A DNA stretch of 64,000 nt from Camelus dromedarius (taxonomy: Eukaryota). Location of the stretch: positions 15,748,001 to 15,812,000 of the forward strand of contig NC_087436.1 in assembly GCF_036321535.1 (NCBI RefSeq), written 5' to 3'. Below, one piece after another: positions 25,896 through 38,980 of the stretch; position 1 is the stretch's first letter; the number at the start of each line of letters is the position of its first letter. The notes below the pieces were generated by a model. The model had not been told where the DNA came from and did no database searches. It saw only the letters and a program-made list of their open reading frames with translations. The translations under genes and the position numbers were made by a program.

Positions 25896-26646
25896 CTGGA
25901 TTTTAAAAAATGCGTTAAGTTTGAGGGCAGATCGCGTTATTTTTAACTTCCCTCATCTTAATTACTTTAAATAGCAAACTGGAATGCAGACATTGGTGAA
26001 AACTAGTCCTCTTAGTGAGGCGAGCGGCGCATAGGTAAATCTAGCCCATCCCACTGTATTTCACACTGTGCAGATCTGACACCTCGGTAAATACGTCATG
26101 ACACCTAAGTACTCTTCACCCCATAGGTCCTTCCACACCAGCAGCAGTGCCTCCAAACAACGTGCACATCTCTTCAACTTTACTGGTACGTGAGGACACA
26201 CACTGGCACCCCGGGCTCTTCGGGGTCTCGTGCTAGCCTACTAGGAGCTCCCGTGTCCCACCCGGCCCAAGCAGGGGAGGAGTGCAGGGTTCCGTGTGGA
26301 CAAGAAAAGCGCCTCTCACATCTCCAGCTCCTGGGGTGGCATCAATTACCCGTGCAATTTACGAGACCCGTGAGCCCACAACACGGAACACACTAGTCTT
26401 GAGTCGCGGGGGCAATCAGACTCAAAAGAGGTGCGACTAAGGCCCAGAAAGCCAAGGGGAGAGCAGCCGGTCTGCCGCAAGGCAGCACCCAGATCCGCCA
26501 GGCCGCGGTTCGGGGTTTACCAACCCGGCACGGCCCGCGCAATCCAACCAACATCCTCGCCATCCGGCTCACACCGCGGTCCAGAACCCGCCCGCCGACT
26601 CCAACAGCGCCCCAAAGAGCAGGGGCCACAAACAGTCACCACTTAC

Positions 26647-26708
26647 ACTTTCTTCTTGGCTCCCTTTTTGCCGCCTTTCGTCAGGCGCTTGTTCTTGCCA
26701 ACCGCCAT
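26647..26708 (-). CDS. RPS3A: RPS3A exon 1 coding part (40S ribosomal protein S3a/eS1, 264 aa in total)
   Basis: Kozak GCACCATGG; MAVGKNKRLTKGGKKGAKKK(V); donor gtaagt; six exons sum to 795 nt. Confidence 0.98.
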
Positions 26709-26726
26709 GGTGCTGCTCAGGGAGCC

Positions 26727-26740
26727 AAAAGGGCGGAAGT
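26727..26740 (-). promoter_or_regulatory. RPS3A TCT initiator / 5'TOP tract with abutting ETS (GABP-type) site
   Basis: Minus strand reads ACTTCCGCCCTTTTGG about 25 nt upstream of the ATG; polypyrimidine start typical of ribosomal-protein genes. Confidence 0.85.
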
Positions 26741-28676
26741 GTAACTCGCGCGAGAACTTAGGCGTTCGGGGCCGGACGCGCCGTCTACGTGACCTTCGAT
26801 CTTACGTTCTTCCGGCCTCACGAATATCGCGACAACAGAGAGAGGCACGCCTCCGACTGTAGCTGCGACAGCGCCCTCACGTGTGGGGAGGCTGCGCAGC
26901 AACCTGCGGGCCTCTGGCCGGGAAGCCGCGCTTAGGAGGCGCGGCTGTGGTGGTTTCTGCGGCTCTGACGCCCGGAAGTAAATTTCCGCGGAAGAGGACG
27001 CGCACTCGACGTCCTTCAAAGCCGAACTCACCGTCTCACGTTCGCGCCTGTTTCTTCTCAAAAGCGTGGGATTTGGGACAAGACAGCGAGTCTAGGTTCA
27101 TATGCTAGTTTCAGTAATATTTAGCCTCGTGACCTGTCAGTGCTTCAGTTTCCGTATCTGAAATGGAGGCAGTAATGTGTTCTATCTCGTAAGATTGTTA
27201 GCAGGGTTCAGTCAGTTTAACTGAGGGGATGCTGGTCATGTTCTGCTTGTTGATACGGGCGCTGGTTAGCGGGGCACGTTCGCTTTGTGAACACCCGTCA
27301 AGCTGTGCACTTAATTTGTGTACTTTTCTATAAATGTCTTATACATTGATAAAAAGGGGTTTTGGTTTTGTTTTTTTTAATGGAATGAGTTCTACTCACT
27401 GTTTCCCTGAGGGACTAGGGTTCGCGTGTTGCCAGATACTTTGATTTTTCAAGAAAAGATGTTTTGTTTTTTCAATTATAGGGGATAACGAAATACACAT
27501 CCCAGCTAGCGGTGGCCTGCTGGCTTCAAGTGTGCAGTCCCTGGAATGCTGGCCCACACAGGCTTGGTACTCAGACAGTGGTATGTTGAGTTTCCTTCTC
27601 CAACTTCCCCTCTGGGGAAAAACCCTGTACCTGAGCCAGAAACCTGCCCCCACAAGCCTTGAAGTCCTCCCAAGCCTCCAGCCCTTACCTCTGACTACCC
27701 TCACTTTCTAAAACAATCCTCCTAAATCTCCAGCCCTGTCCTGAAATCTTTCAAGACTTCCATTAATCTCAGTTGTTTGCAGGATCAAGTCAAAGGTCTT
27801 ATTTCACGACAATGTAATTACACCAAACACTAGTACTGAACTGTTCACTGAAAAACGGTTAAAGTGGTACATTTTATGGTATGTATATTTTATCACAATT
27901 ATATTTTTTAAAAATGGAAGTCCTAAGCTGAGCCCACAAAACCCTTTTTATCTCGAGTTCCTCACCTCCGTTTACATCCTCACCATGTCTCAGTCTTTAG
28001 TGGATGCCTCAACTCTGATCGTTTAGAACTATGTAGAATTCCTTGGACTAGGTTTTCTCTTATCTCCATTCCTTTTCCCTCATCAGCAGGCAAATAACTG
28101 CATTTTCAAGACAACTCAGCTTCACTTCTTCTTTCACTAAGAGATTGATTCCCCAGACAAACAGGCTTTCCCTCAGACCTGCTCCCAGAAGACCTGGCAC
28201 TACTTCACTTGTTAGAACTATTGATTCAGCGTGTCCCTTTCTTACTGTAAGGAGGGCACACAATGCAGTCATTTTCCTATTTGTGCTCTTTTTTTAGCAC
28301 CTGGTGGGCCGTCAAAATATCTGTTGGATGAATAAGTAATAGTAGACAACGTTGGTGGTGTTCCCAGTCTTTTGAACTTTGTAGGTCAGCCCATATTTTT
28401 CACAATAATTTTGGGAACCAACGTGACTGCAAGTTTAAAATTCCACCAATCTATAAAACAAAACCAAAAACAACTGCCATTTTCTATCAGCATCATTTCA
28501 TTTTAAAGTATTATTTTGACTCCCAAAATTTAAAAAGACATATCCTTTGAAAAGACAGCCCTTTTAATTTAAATCAATGTTATGAAAAATTCTATAGACC
28601 TTACTTTGCTTGTCTCATCGCAGATTAGTGAATACTAGTGACCAGTGGAAATCAGTTAGTCCTTCCAAATGTAATA

Positions 28677-28771
28677 TATATATTTATTTTTTAAGAATAG
28701 AAAGGAGTTTATTAGGGGTACACTGTCGTAGGCAACAGCAAGCCACACAGTTGAGGGGTGCCTGTGTGAGC
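28677..28771 (-). mobile_element. Short polyadenylated retroposed fragment of unknown source
   Basis: AATAAA (28708-28713, - strand), A-rich tail, 14/16 TSD at 28661-28676 and 28772-28787. Confidence 0.6.
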
Positions 28772-29925
28772 CCTTACAAATATAATACTGAGTCTAGTAA
28801 ACTCTGTATTGATTCTATGCCTATCGTAATCTTGACTAAGTTAACCTAGATAGCAGTTCACTAGCTTAAACTTTTCCCAATGGAAAATGTTATAGACCGC
28901 CCAGGCTACCTACTCTAGAATGAAAACTGAGCTTGCGTTCTTCCTAGTCTGACTCCTATTTCTGCCCAAAAGTGAAAGCCACCCGGGAGGCATTATTGAA
29001 GTCAACTGCATCTAGTTTATTCTGGAGACACCAGCACCTAAGGGATTTGTCAGAGGTATGGATTTCACTCTTCAAATTTGTATTGTAATGAAAGCTTTTA
29101 AAATAAAATTATATTTCCCTGACACATTAAATGATGCAATCATCAGTTTTAGTTAAATTAAACAAAAAGACAGCATGGGAGGTACAAAATCAGTTTATTG
29201 GGTCTCAACCATCTAAGAATCTCAAAATTCAGATAGAATAAAATGGAAGAGAAAAATATCAGAATACAGCAAACCCAGTAAGGTGTCAATATTATTTTAT
29301 TAATTTTCTTTCCATCTGTGACTCATCTATTAAATCTATCCAATGATTTTTTTTGAATTTTGAATACTGTTGTTTATTTCTGAAAGTTCTATTTAGTTCT
29401 TTTTCAGTTTTTGCCACCTAAAATTTTTTTTATTGATATAACATTGGTTTATAATGTTGTATATGTTTCATGTGTTCAATTTATGTTATTTTGTAGTTCC
29501 TTATTCTTTCAGATATCCTCAATATAGATGTAAACCCAGGAAGCATAATTGTGATTGGCATCTGAAGGGGCTAGGCAGTCTTGTAAGAGTGAGCCCGTAA
29601 CCTGTCTGCCTAGCGCTGTCTAGCTAGCTATGGGGAGATAGTGTCAGAATTGAGTTGAATTGAAGACACCTAGCTTGTGTCCAAGAATTGCTTCTTGGTG
29701 TGGGAACGCACCCCTCCACACACATGTAGGAACGGGTTCCAGAATTGTTTTAACATCGTTTTCTCCCAGTCTGTAAACACCCCTGATCTTACTTCCTTGT
29801 CTTCTCAGCTGCACCCCGTGGTGGTTCATCTGAACAACATACTTTTTCACTGAAGCTCTGTACTTCCTTGTAGCCTGAGCCTTGTCTGAAAACTCTAAGC
29901 CTAGAGCAGTGTGCGGTTTACCTTC

Positions 29926-30391
29926 TGTGGTGGTATTTCCCCCAGTTTTTCACTCCACCCTGTACCTGTGACCTTGTGTTGTCCCCTCTCACGTTAACTG
30001 TGGGCTTGATAGCGTGACTTGCTTTAGTCCAGGGACGTTAGCGACTATGACTTGAGCAATGGCTTAAAAAATGCTGGCATACATGGGGTTTGCTCTTTCT
30101 GCTCTTTAAAACACTGAGCCCACTTAGCTAAGAAGCCTGAGCTAGCTTACTGGAGAATGAGAGATCATTTGAAGCAGAAGTAACTAGTCCCAGCCGACGT
30201 CTCCCCAGAACAACCAGCCTCCCAACCATCAGGTGTTTGAATAAGGCCATCCCAGATGATTTTAGTCCAAGTGAGCTGGCCCAGAACAGAAGAACCACCC
30301 AGCTGACACCTAGCATCATGACAGATAATAAATGCTCATTGTTTTAAGTCATTCAGTGTTGGGAGAATTTGATTTGCAGCAAAAACTAACA
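29926..30391 (+). mobile_element. MaLR (MLT1-type) solo LTR
   Basis: TG...CA; gtgacttgctttag, aataaatgctcattgttttaagtca, gcagcaaaaactaaca are MLT1-like. Confidence 0.7.
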
Positions 30392-30639
30392 CGCATTTTC
30401 TCTTTCCTTCCATCTACCCTCATGGCATGGTTAGAGAAAACCACATATTTCAGACTCAAACTATTAGAAATTAACGGTGTCACATCTCAGCTGGGTCTTG
30501 GGTCTCTGACGATCCTTTTACCTGTCAGCTCCCCTTCCTCTTTCTCTCCATGTCTGACTATTCCAGTCCTTCACCGTGCTTCTCCTGTCCCTAACTCAGC
30601 CTAACCCCCATCACTTTTAAAAAGAAAATGATGTAATGC

Positions 30640-31040
30640 AGATAACATAGGGGCTTTCAGGTTGCAGTCAGGACTCTGGGGGTTTTTCTGTGTGGGATGA
30701 GAAGCCCTTGGAAGATTTTGAGCAGCAGTGTGACACTGGCTGCTGTGTGGAGAGCTCAGTGTGGTAGAGCAAGAGTAGAATCAAGGAGAAGTTAAAACCA
30801 GGTGACGGCAGCTCGGTCTAGGGAAGTAGGGAGGACGTGTGGCGGGTGGAGAGCCGTGGAAACAGGACACCACTGATGGAGACTGAGATGCAGATAACAT
30901 CCTCTGGGCATGTGAAGTGCAGGTGCCCTAGGTGGAAGGACATAGTGGAAATTCTGGTTATGTTTTGAGGATAGGAGCCAAAAAGATTTGCTGATGAATA
31001 GGCATGGGAAGAGAAAGAGGAATCAAGGATAATCACATTT
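30640..31040 (-). mobile_element. L2 remnant
   Basis: gagaagcccttggaagattttgagcag ... gagaaagaggaatcaaggata. Confidence 0.6.
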
Positions 31041-31699
31041 GATTATAATGATTTTTGTTTTTTAATTGACGCTTCCCTACCCCATCCCCTCCTGGGAAGA
31101 AGGCAGAGACTGTCCTAAACATCTCTCTTTGTATGCTAGTCTTGAATGACTTGTATGGCACATTTTCTTTGGAAATTTGTCTTTTCTCCTTTCATTTCTA
31201 TTTAGAAAGTGAAAATAGTATATAGCAGTGAGTTCTCCTCATAGAGGTGTCCCAGGTGGGATTAGGAAAATGTGCTCTATTTCCTTGGGTGATCAGAATA
31301 GTACCGGTCAGCAAACTATTATCAGTTGGCAAAGAGATAAAGAGCTTTTGACAGAATGAAATCAGTTACGTCACTGAACACACTGTTAAGTTCAGGTGAC
31401 TGTTTTTTTCCGTAGTGAAACTTTGTTAAGGAAGTAGTACGCTGATTTGCATTCTGGCTTAAGCTCCTTATCTTGTTGCCAGTTGGCACTGTTTGCTGCA
31501 CCACAACAGAGGATCAGCTGGATTGGCTGAGAGCTGCAGAATGTCTTATTGGGCATGCCAGACACATTAAAGACCTGGAAAATACCTTCCAGTACCAAGA
31601 TGCTCTTCCGAGTTGTATAGGGAAGATGATGTATCTGAAAATGAGCAAATAAAGTTTTTGAAAGGACTTTACAAGTTTAAAGGCCACAAGATGCAGTGG

Positions 31700-31900
31700 A
31701 AAGAACATGGATTTTGAAGTCAGTCCTGGTTTTACATCATTGCTCTGCCACCTACTATGTGACCTTATATTGTCTTTGTTTTTTCACTGGCAAGTGGGAA
31801 AAATACCTACCTCCTGCGGTTACTGTGAAGTTCAAATGACACAGTATACATTAGAAGCCTAGCACAGGGATTAGCACATAGTGGGACTCAGTAACTGTTA
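31700..31900 (+). mobile_element. MIR remnant
   Basis: ctctgccacctactatgtgacctt ... tacctacctc ... ttagcacatagt. Confidence 0.65.
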
Positions 31901-34612
31901 ACGCTCCTTTTCTCTGTCTCTCCAAAATAAATGTCACATTTATTATCTAGCTTTTCCTCAGCTGCCCACTCACACTCACGTCAACACCTCTCTACCCTCA
32001 ACCTTGTTAAATTTCAAGTGTTGCTCCTGCTGGAGTCGCTTCCCCTGCCTAACTCAGCCTGTGTGGTTTGGCATGGATGGCAGATAGGAAGAAGGAACTT
32101 ATCCAGGAAGCAGAGCAAGAGAGTTGAGAAGGACAGCTGACATTAAATCTGTACACGGTGATACTAGTGTCATCACAGAAGTACAGTAGGACGACAGTCA
32201 AACAGGGTTCCTCATTACCATTGCTGTCACTAAGAACAGCACACGTCCTAGGGACACTCACATTTTTTTGTACCCGCACAGCTGTTGTTACTGGCTTTAG
32301 GTGGGAATTGAAACCACTTCCCTCACACTGTAAGACTGCAAGTAGTGGGACTTTTCTTTGGGACGTCAGCATCTCACAAAGTGAAAACCTAGCATGGAGT
32401 CTAGTATTGTCACCATTTGATATCATGTAGATCTGAGGTCAGTCTCACCTTATCACATAGCAGTTTAACTTCAGGAAAGTTTTTAATCTTTCTGAACTTG
32501 TTAGTTGGAACAACTTATTAGTTGGAAGTTGAGTTCAAGGCTGCCATGTTGCACAGCTCCAGGGAGTACCACTCTTGTAGCTTGCACAGGGAGATAAGCA
32601 ACAACTTGATTCAGGAATCATAACAGGACTTCAAAAATAGTGGCATATACAAGGTGAAAATTATTTCTTACTTACGTGACAGTCCAAGCGTATACAGTCC
32701 AGGGCTGATGCATCAGCTGCATGCTACTGGGGACTTAGATTTCAAAGGTTTCATCACTCTGATTATTCTGCCATCTACATGTTACTTTCATTTGTGTGGC
32801 GCAAATGAAAAGTTAACATTTAATCCAGCAGGGAGAGGAAAAAGCAAAGAGGAAGGCATATTCCTTTACTTGCATAATACCATATACAAGTTCCACACAT
32901 CCACTCTGCTCGTATAACTTTGACATACTTAGCTGTAGGAGGGGCTGGGAGATGTAGACCTTAGCTAGATAGCCATGTGCCCAAGCATTCTATTACTTTT
33001 CAAAAAGGGAAGAATGGATATTTAGGAATAATTTGTCTCTATCCGCCTTACTTGTAAATTACTTTTGAAAATTAAGTGCATGGAAAGTGATGCAAAGTAG
33101 GTGTTCAAAAAAAAGGTTGTTTCTTTTTTCCTATTCCTCTCACCCTTATACCCCAAAAGGGACATTATTTCCAACAGCTACTCATTAGCAATACATTTAC
33201 AAGCATAAATAAGAATTATATAGACTTCATTTTTTTCTTAACTGGATAACTATTCTCTATTAAAATATGGAGTACAATCATGAATACATGAAAGATGCTG
33301 CAGATATAAAAGGCTTGGAATCAGGGAGCACCAGAAAGAACCTCGAATGGGCTGATTTTGATCATGAACTTGGTTCATAAGAACTGAGTGGGCTAGCGGA
33401 AGTGATGGTAAGCAAATTTATGTGAACAGTTCAAGGGGTCCCAACATAGGGTTCGAATGACAGAGAGTTGCTTTGAACTGTCGCTTAAGGGATAAACTAG
33501 TGGTCCAGGAAAGAAAGGATTTTAGTTCTGGAGGGAATTTAGTCTGGGCCTAGGTGGAAATATTTTTGCCTAACAGGAGAGAATAGGTCAAAAATAGAGA
33601 AAGGTGCTTTTGACAAGAGAGGAGTAAATAAAGAGTAATTTTTTTAAGTGCATTTACTTAAAAAAAGTGTATATTTATTTCATTCATTAGTGGTAGGTAT
33701 TATGAAATCAGGGCGTATAAAACATAAGCTGCCCTCAAGAATCTTATGGTCTAATATACTAAGGAGCTTGAGTGACGTAGTCCTGTACACTTACATCTGC
33801 CCTGATCAGTATATGACACATTCAAATGGTACAGTAAAACAGCAATATATGTACCACCATAAAGTCCATGTATAGTCAAATTAAATTATGGAGACTTTAA
33901 AAAGATTGTGCATAATAATATATCCACATATACACTTCCTACCCTCAGCTCCTGAAATCTGTATTGCAAATAGCATGGATACCCTCTTAAACAGGATCTC
34001 TGCAGTAATGTTCATTATAACAAGATTTTTACTTGTAAATCAGATATTTATTCATCCAATAGTATTATTTAGATACATAGTGTGACCTTTATCCTCTCAG
34101 TATATTCTTTATTTTGAGAACTTCTCAAAAACTGTGATAACTATGTAATTTGCAATTAACTGACATGACTTCAATTCCAGCTTCCCCAACAACTAGTCCT
34201 GTAATCACAGGCAAGTCACTTAATCCCTCTGAGCTTTAGGTCCCTGCAAAATGGAGATAGTAATGCCTGCCCTACCTGCCTCACAGGATTATTGCCATGC
34301 TCTCAGGAAAAGCAAAAACTGCAGAGAAACAATAATTTTTTTTTAATTGCTACAATTTCAGGCCTTGACTGTACATCAACATCCAGTATAGTATTTAAAT
34401 TGCCACCTAATTTTTCTGGACATCTTGAAAGATGAGCTTAGACTGAATTTCTCTTTTTCTCTGCCAACCTACCACACAACCTCATGTTTTCTATTCCTAT
34501 TTCTGTTTCTGCATTTTTCCTTCTCAATAATTGCTAAAATGAGAAGTGGTTTAAGTTATTTAAGCTGCTGATAATTACACTGACAATATGGGTAAAACAG
34601 GTAGAAGCTTTT

Positions 34613-34887
34613 TTTTAAACCTTTCTTTTTAATTAATCAACTTATTTATTTGAAGTATAGTTAGTTACAGTGTGTCAATTTCTGATGTACAGCATAATGT
34701 CCCAGTTTGCATATATATACATGTGTTCATTATCATATTCTTTTTCATTAAAGGCTATTACAAGATATAGAATATAGTTCCATGTGCTAAACAGAATAAA
34801 TTTGTTTTTTATCTGTTTTTATACATAGTGGTTAACATTTGCAAATCTCAAACTCCCAAATTTATTCCTTCCCACCCCTTTTCCCCT
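34613..34887 (-). mobile_element. 5'-truncated young L1 3' end
   Basis: Same 3' UTR type as 8084-8401; TSD gaagctttt at 34604-34612 and 34888-34896. Confidence 0.85.
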
Positions 34888-35301
34888 GAAGCTTTTGTTA
34901 TGTTATGGTAGTGAGAAAGAAAATTAATACTGTGAAAGTCCTATTCTGGTAGTAGAATTATTTACATTATCTCAATTAATCTCTTACAGTCTTCACAACA
35001 ACAAGGTAAGACAGGATTATTAAATAAGAAAACAAAACCCAGTGGTTTAGTGACTTGCCCCAAATCACACAGCTGTAAACATTAAGCTGGGATCCAAACC
35101 CAACTTTGAGCACAGAGATCAATTTTTTTCCTCTAACAAATTCCCAGATGATGTTGCCTCTCCTGGTCTTGCTCCACATTTTAAGAACCACTGGGCAAGG
35201 CTCTGCTGTATTCATCACCTAGTATCAAAGATACTGTATTCAACATTGGGTTGGAAACTCAGCCTATATTGCCTAGGGAACAACTCAGGTTACCCCTCTT
35301 G

Positions 35302-35303
<2 letters not shown>

Positions 35304-35337
<34 letters not shown>
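35304..35337. repeat. (CA)n microsatellite
   Basis: Seen directly in sequence. Confidence 0.95.
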
Positions 35338-35340
<3 letters not shown>

Positions 35341-37142
35341 TTTTTAGTTTATGCTCTAAAAAATAGTTAGAAGAACGAAAAACATGAGACATATAGAAAA
35401 CAAAAATGGCAAATGTAAATGCAGTCCAATAACATTACATTTGAATGGATTAACCAATCCAGTCAAAAGGCAGGCGTTATCGGACTGGATTTTTTACAAA
35501 AGATTCAACACTATACTGCCTACAGGAGATACACTTTATATTAAAAAAATACAAATAAATTGAAAATAAAGGAATGGAAAAGGATATATCATGCAAACAG
35601 CAAAAGAAACTAGAGTCACTAATATTATACAAAATAGACTTAACAGCTTAGCAAAAAATGTTATTAGAGATGGAGGGGTATTTCATAATGATAAAAGAGT
35701 CAATCTATTAGAAAGCTATAAAAATTGTAAACTTACATGCATCCAACAACAGACCATCAAAATACGTAAGGCAAAAACTTACAGAAATGAAGAGAAAAAT
35801 ATTTCTACAATAATAATTGGATACTTCTATATTCTATTTTCAAAAACAGCTAGAACAACTGGATAGAAGAGCAATAAAGAAACAGATGACTTGAACAATG
35901 CTACAAACCAACTAGATCTAATAGATGTCTATAGAGCACTCCACCCAACAACAGCAAAATGCAGTCTTCTTAAATACACATGGGAGATTCTCCAGGACAG
36001 ACTATACGCTAAGCCATAAAACAAACCTCAGTACATTTCAGAGGAGAGAAATAGTATAAAGTATGTTCTCCAACAAATAAAGGAGTGAAATTAGAAATCA
36101 ATAACAGAAGGAATTGGGGAAACTCACATATTAAATTAAACAACACACTCATGAATACGCAAAGAGTCAAAGAAGAAAGCAAAAGAGAAATTAGAAAACA
36201 CTTTGAGATGAATGAAAATGAAAGCACAACACGTCCAAACTTACAGAGTTAGCGAAAGCAACACTTACGAGATAATTTAATCACCAAAATGCCCATATTA
36301 AAGGAGAAGAAAGATCTCTAATCAGTAGCTTAACCTTCTACCTTGAGGAAAGCAACTAAAAGGAAGAGCAAACTAAATCTTAGGCAAGTAAGGAAGGAAA
36401 TAATAAAGATTAGGGAGGAAATTAATGACATGGAGCATAGAAAAATAGAGAAAATAAATAGAAACAAAAGCTAATCCTTTAACAAGATCAACAGAACTGG
36501 CAAACCTTTAGCCAGACTGACCAAGAAAAAAAATTTTTTAAGACTCAAATTACTTGAATCAGAAATGAAATATTATTGCTGGCCTTACAGAAATAAAAAG
36601 ATTATAATGGAATGCTATGAACAACTGTATGCCAATAAATTAGATAAATTAGATAACTTAGATGAAATGAACAGATTCCTATAAAGACACTAACTACCAA
36701 AACTGACTCAAGAAGAAATAGGCAGTCTTAACAGACCCATAACAAACATTGAATTAGTAATAAAAAGTCTACCCACAAAGAAAAGTCAAGGCCCAGATGG
36801 CTTCACTGGTGAATTCTACCAGACATTTAAAGAAGAATTAATACCAGTTTATTGCAAAAAATAGAGGATATGGGAACACTTTCCAAGTCATCCTATAAGG
36901 GCATAAGTACCCTGATAACAAAACTAGGCAAAGCTATCACAGAAAGAAAACTAAAACTCACTATCTCTTATGAATATGAATGCAAAAGTCCTCATCAGAA
37001 TACTAGCAAGTCAAACTTGGTAACATATAAAAGAATTATACACCATGACCAAATGGGTTATATTTCAGGAAGGTAAAATTGGTGTAATATCCCCAGGTTA
37101 ATACATGTAATACACCATATCAACAGAATTAAAAGCAAAAAC

Positions 37143-38142
37143 CAAAATGAAAAGACAACCTATGAACTGGGAGAAAATATTTGTGAATGATGTGACCATC
37201 AAGGGCTTAATTTCCAAAATACACAAATAGCTTATAAAACTCAATAACAAAAAACAAATGACCCAATCAAAAAATGGGCAGAGGACCTGAATAGACATTT
37301 CTTTAAAGACATACAGATGGCCAGCAGGCACATGAAAAGATGCTCAGAATCGCTAACTATTAGAGGAATGCAAATCAAAATGTCAATGAGGTATACCTCA
37401 CACCAGTCAGAATGGCCATCATCAAAAAAAGTCTACAAATAATAAATGCTGGAGAAGGTATAGAAAAAAGGGAACCCTCCTACACTGTTGATGAGAATGT
37501 AAATTGGTATAGCCACTATGGATAACAGTATAGATGTTCCTTAAAAAACTAAAAACAGAGTTATCATATGATCCAGCAATCCCACTCCTGGGTGTATATC
37601 TGGAGAAAACTCTAATTGGAAAAGATACATGCACCCCAGTGTTCACAGTGGCACTATTTACAATATCCAAGACATGGAAGCAACCTAAGTGTCTATCAAT
37701 AGATGAATAGATAAAGATGTAGTATATAGATATATATATAGATATATAGATATAGATATAGATATATACCACAGAATATTACTCAGCCATGAAAAAAGAA
37801 TGAAATAATACCCTTTGCAGCAACATGAATGGACCTAGAAATTATCATATTAAGTGAAGTAAGTCAGACAGAAAGACAAATATCATATGTTATCACTTAT
37901 ATGTGGAAACTAGAAAAATACAAATGAACCTCTTTATAAAACAGAAATAAACTCACAGACATAGAAAACGAATTTATGGTTACCAAAGGGGAAAGGAGGG
38001 GAGGGATAAATCAGGAGTTTGGGATTTGCAGATACTAACTACTATATATAACAAAGATAAACCACAAGGACCTACTGTACAGCACAGGGAACTATACTCA
38101 ATATCTTGTAATAACCTATAATGGAGAAGAATCTGGAAAAGA

Positions 38143-38186
<44 letters not shown>

Positions 38187-38980
38187 GTAAAATGGAATCA
38201 CTTTTGCTATACAACTGAAACTAACACAATATTATAAGTCAACTATATGTCAATTTAAAAAGAAAGATACTAGGTTCTAAGCCCTTACAATTTGATGAGT
38301 CCAATCTCAAAAAATTACTAGGCTTGTTCAGGAGATGGTGGCAGTGAAAGTAGAGAGGAGGGAATGGATTCTACAGATGATTCTGTGATGGTATCTCTAT
38401 AGAATTTGTTGCTAGAAGACTGACAGACTGCTAGAACTCTACTGTGGAGGAATAACCGTAGGGTTCTGAGTATGAAAAAAATGACCTGATCTTTCTTCAT
38501 ACCCAGATGTACCATATACCATTTCTTTCTGAAGATAAAGTTTAAGTATACAATTAGGGGGAAAAAAGACAAAACAGAAACAGACTCATAGCATAGAAAA
38601 CAAATTATGTTTATCAAAGGGAAAGGGAGATGGAAGGATAAATTGGGAGTAGGCAATTAACAGATGCATACTATGATATATAAAATAGATAACAAGGATT
38701 TATGGTATAGCATAGGGAACTATATTCAATATCTTGTAATTATAATGGAAATGAATTGAAAAAAAATATATATATATATATGTAAAACTGAATCACTTTG
38801 CTGTACACCTGAATCTAACACAATATTGTAAATCAGTTATACTTTAATTTGTTTATTTTGGGGGGGTAATTAGGTATATTTATTGAATGGAGGTACTGGG
38901 GCTTGAACCCAGGACCTCATGCATCCTAAGCATGCACTCTACTACTGAGCTATCCCATCCCCTCTGTACTTTAATTTAAA
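37143..38980 (+). mobile_element. Composite younger insertion: L1 3' part, ~300 bp non-L1 DNA, second L1 3' UTR piece
   Basis: Bounded by 12-bp TSD aaaagcaaaaac at 37131-37142 and 38981-38992; host ORF2 is continuous across it. Confidence 0.8.
38851..38966 (-). mobile_element. Vic-1-like SINE nested in an L1 tail
   Basis: Reverse complement of the SINE head; TSD tactttaattt at 38840-38850 and 38967-38977. Confidence 0.88.

Larger units (their letters stand above)
26190..27070. promoter_or_regulatory. CpG island / RPS3A promoter
   Basis: High GC and CpG density against an AT-rich background; ETS cores at 26734-26740, 26809-26815 and ~26972-26979; TATCGCGACA at 26825-26834. Confidence 0.92.

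Noticed and set aside
26190..27108. Several overlapping 68-143 aa ORFs on both strands
   Set aside because: Expected from stop-codon depletion in a CpG island; they overlap the RPS3A promoter and intron 1 and show no domain.
32049..32430. Antiparallel 125-aa and 90-aa ORFs in apparently unique DNA
   Set aside because: No recognisable domain, splice context or promoter; within chance expectation for 64 kb.
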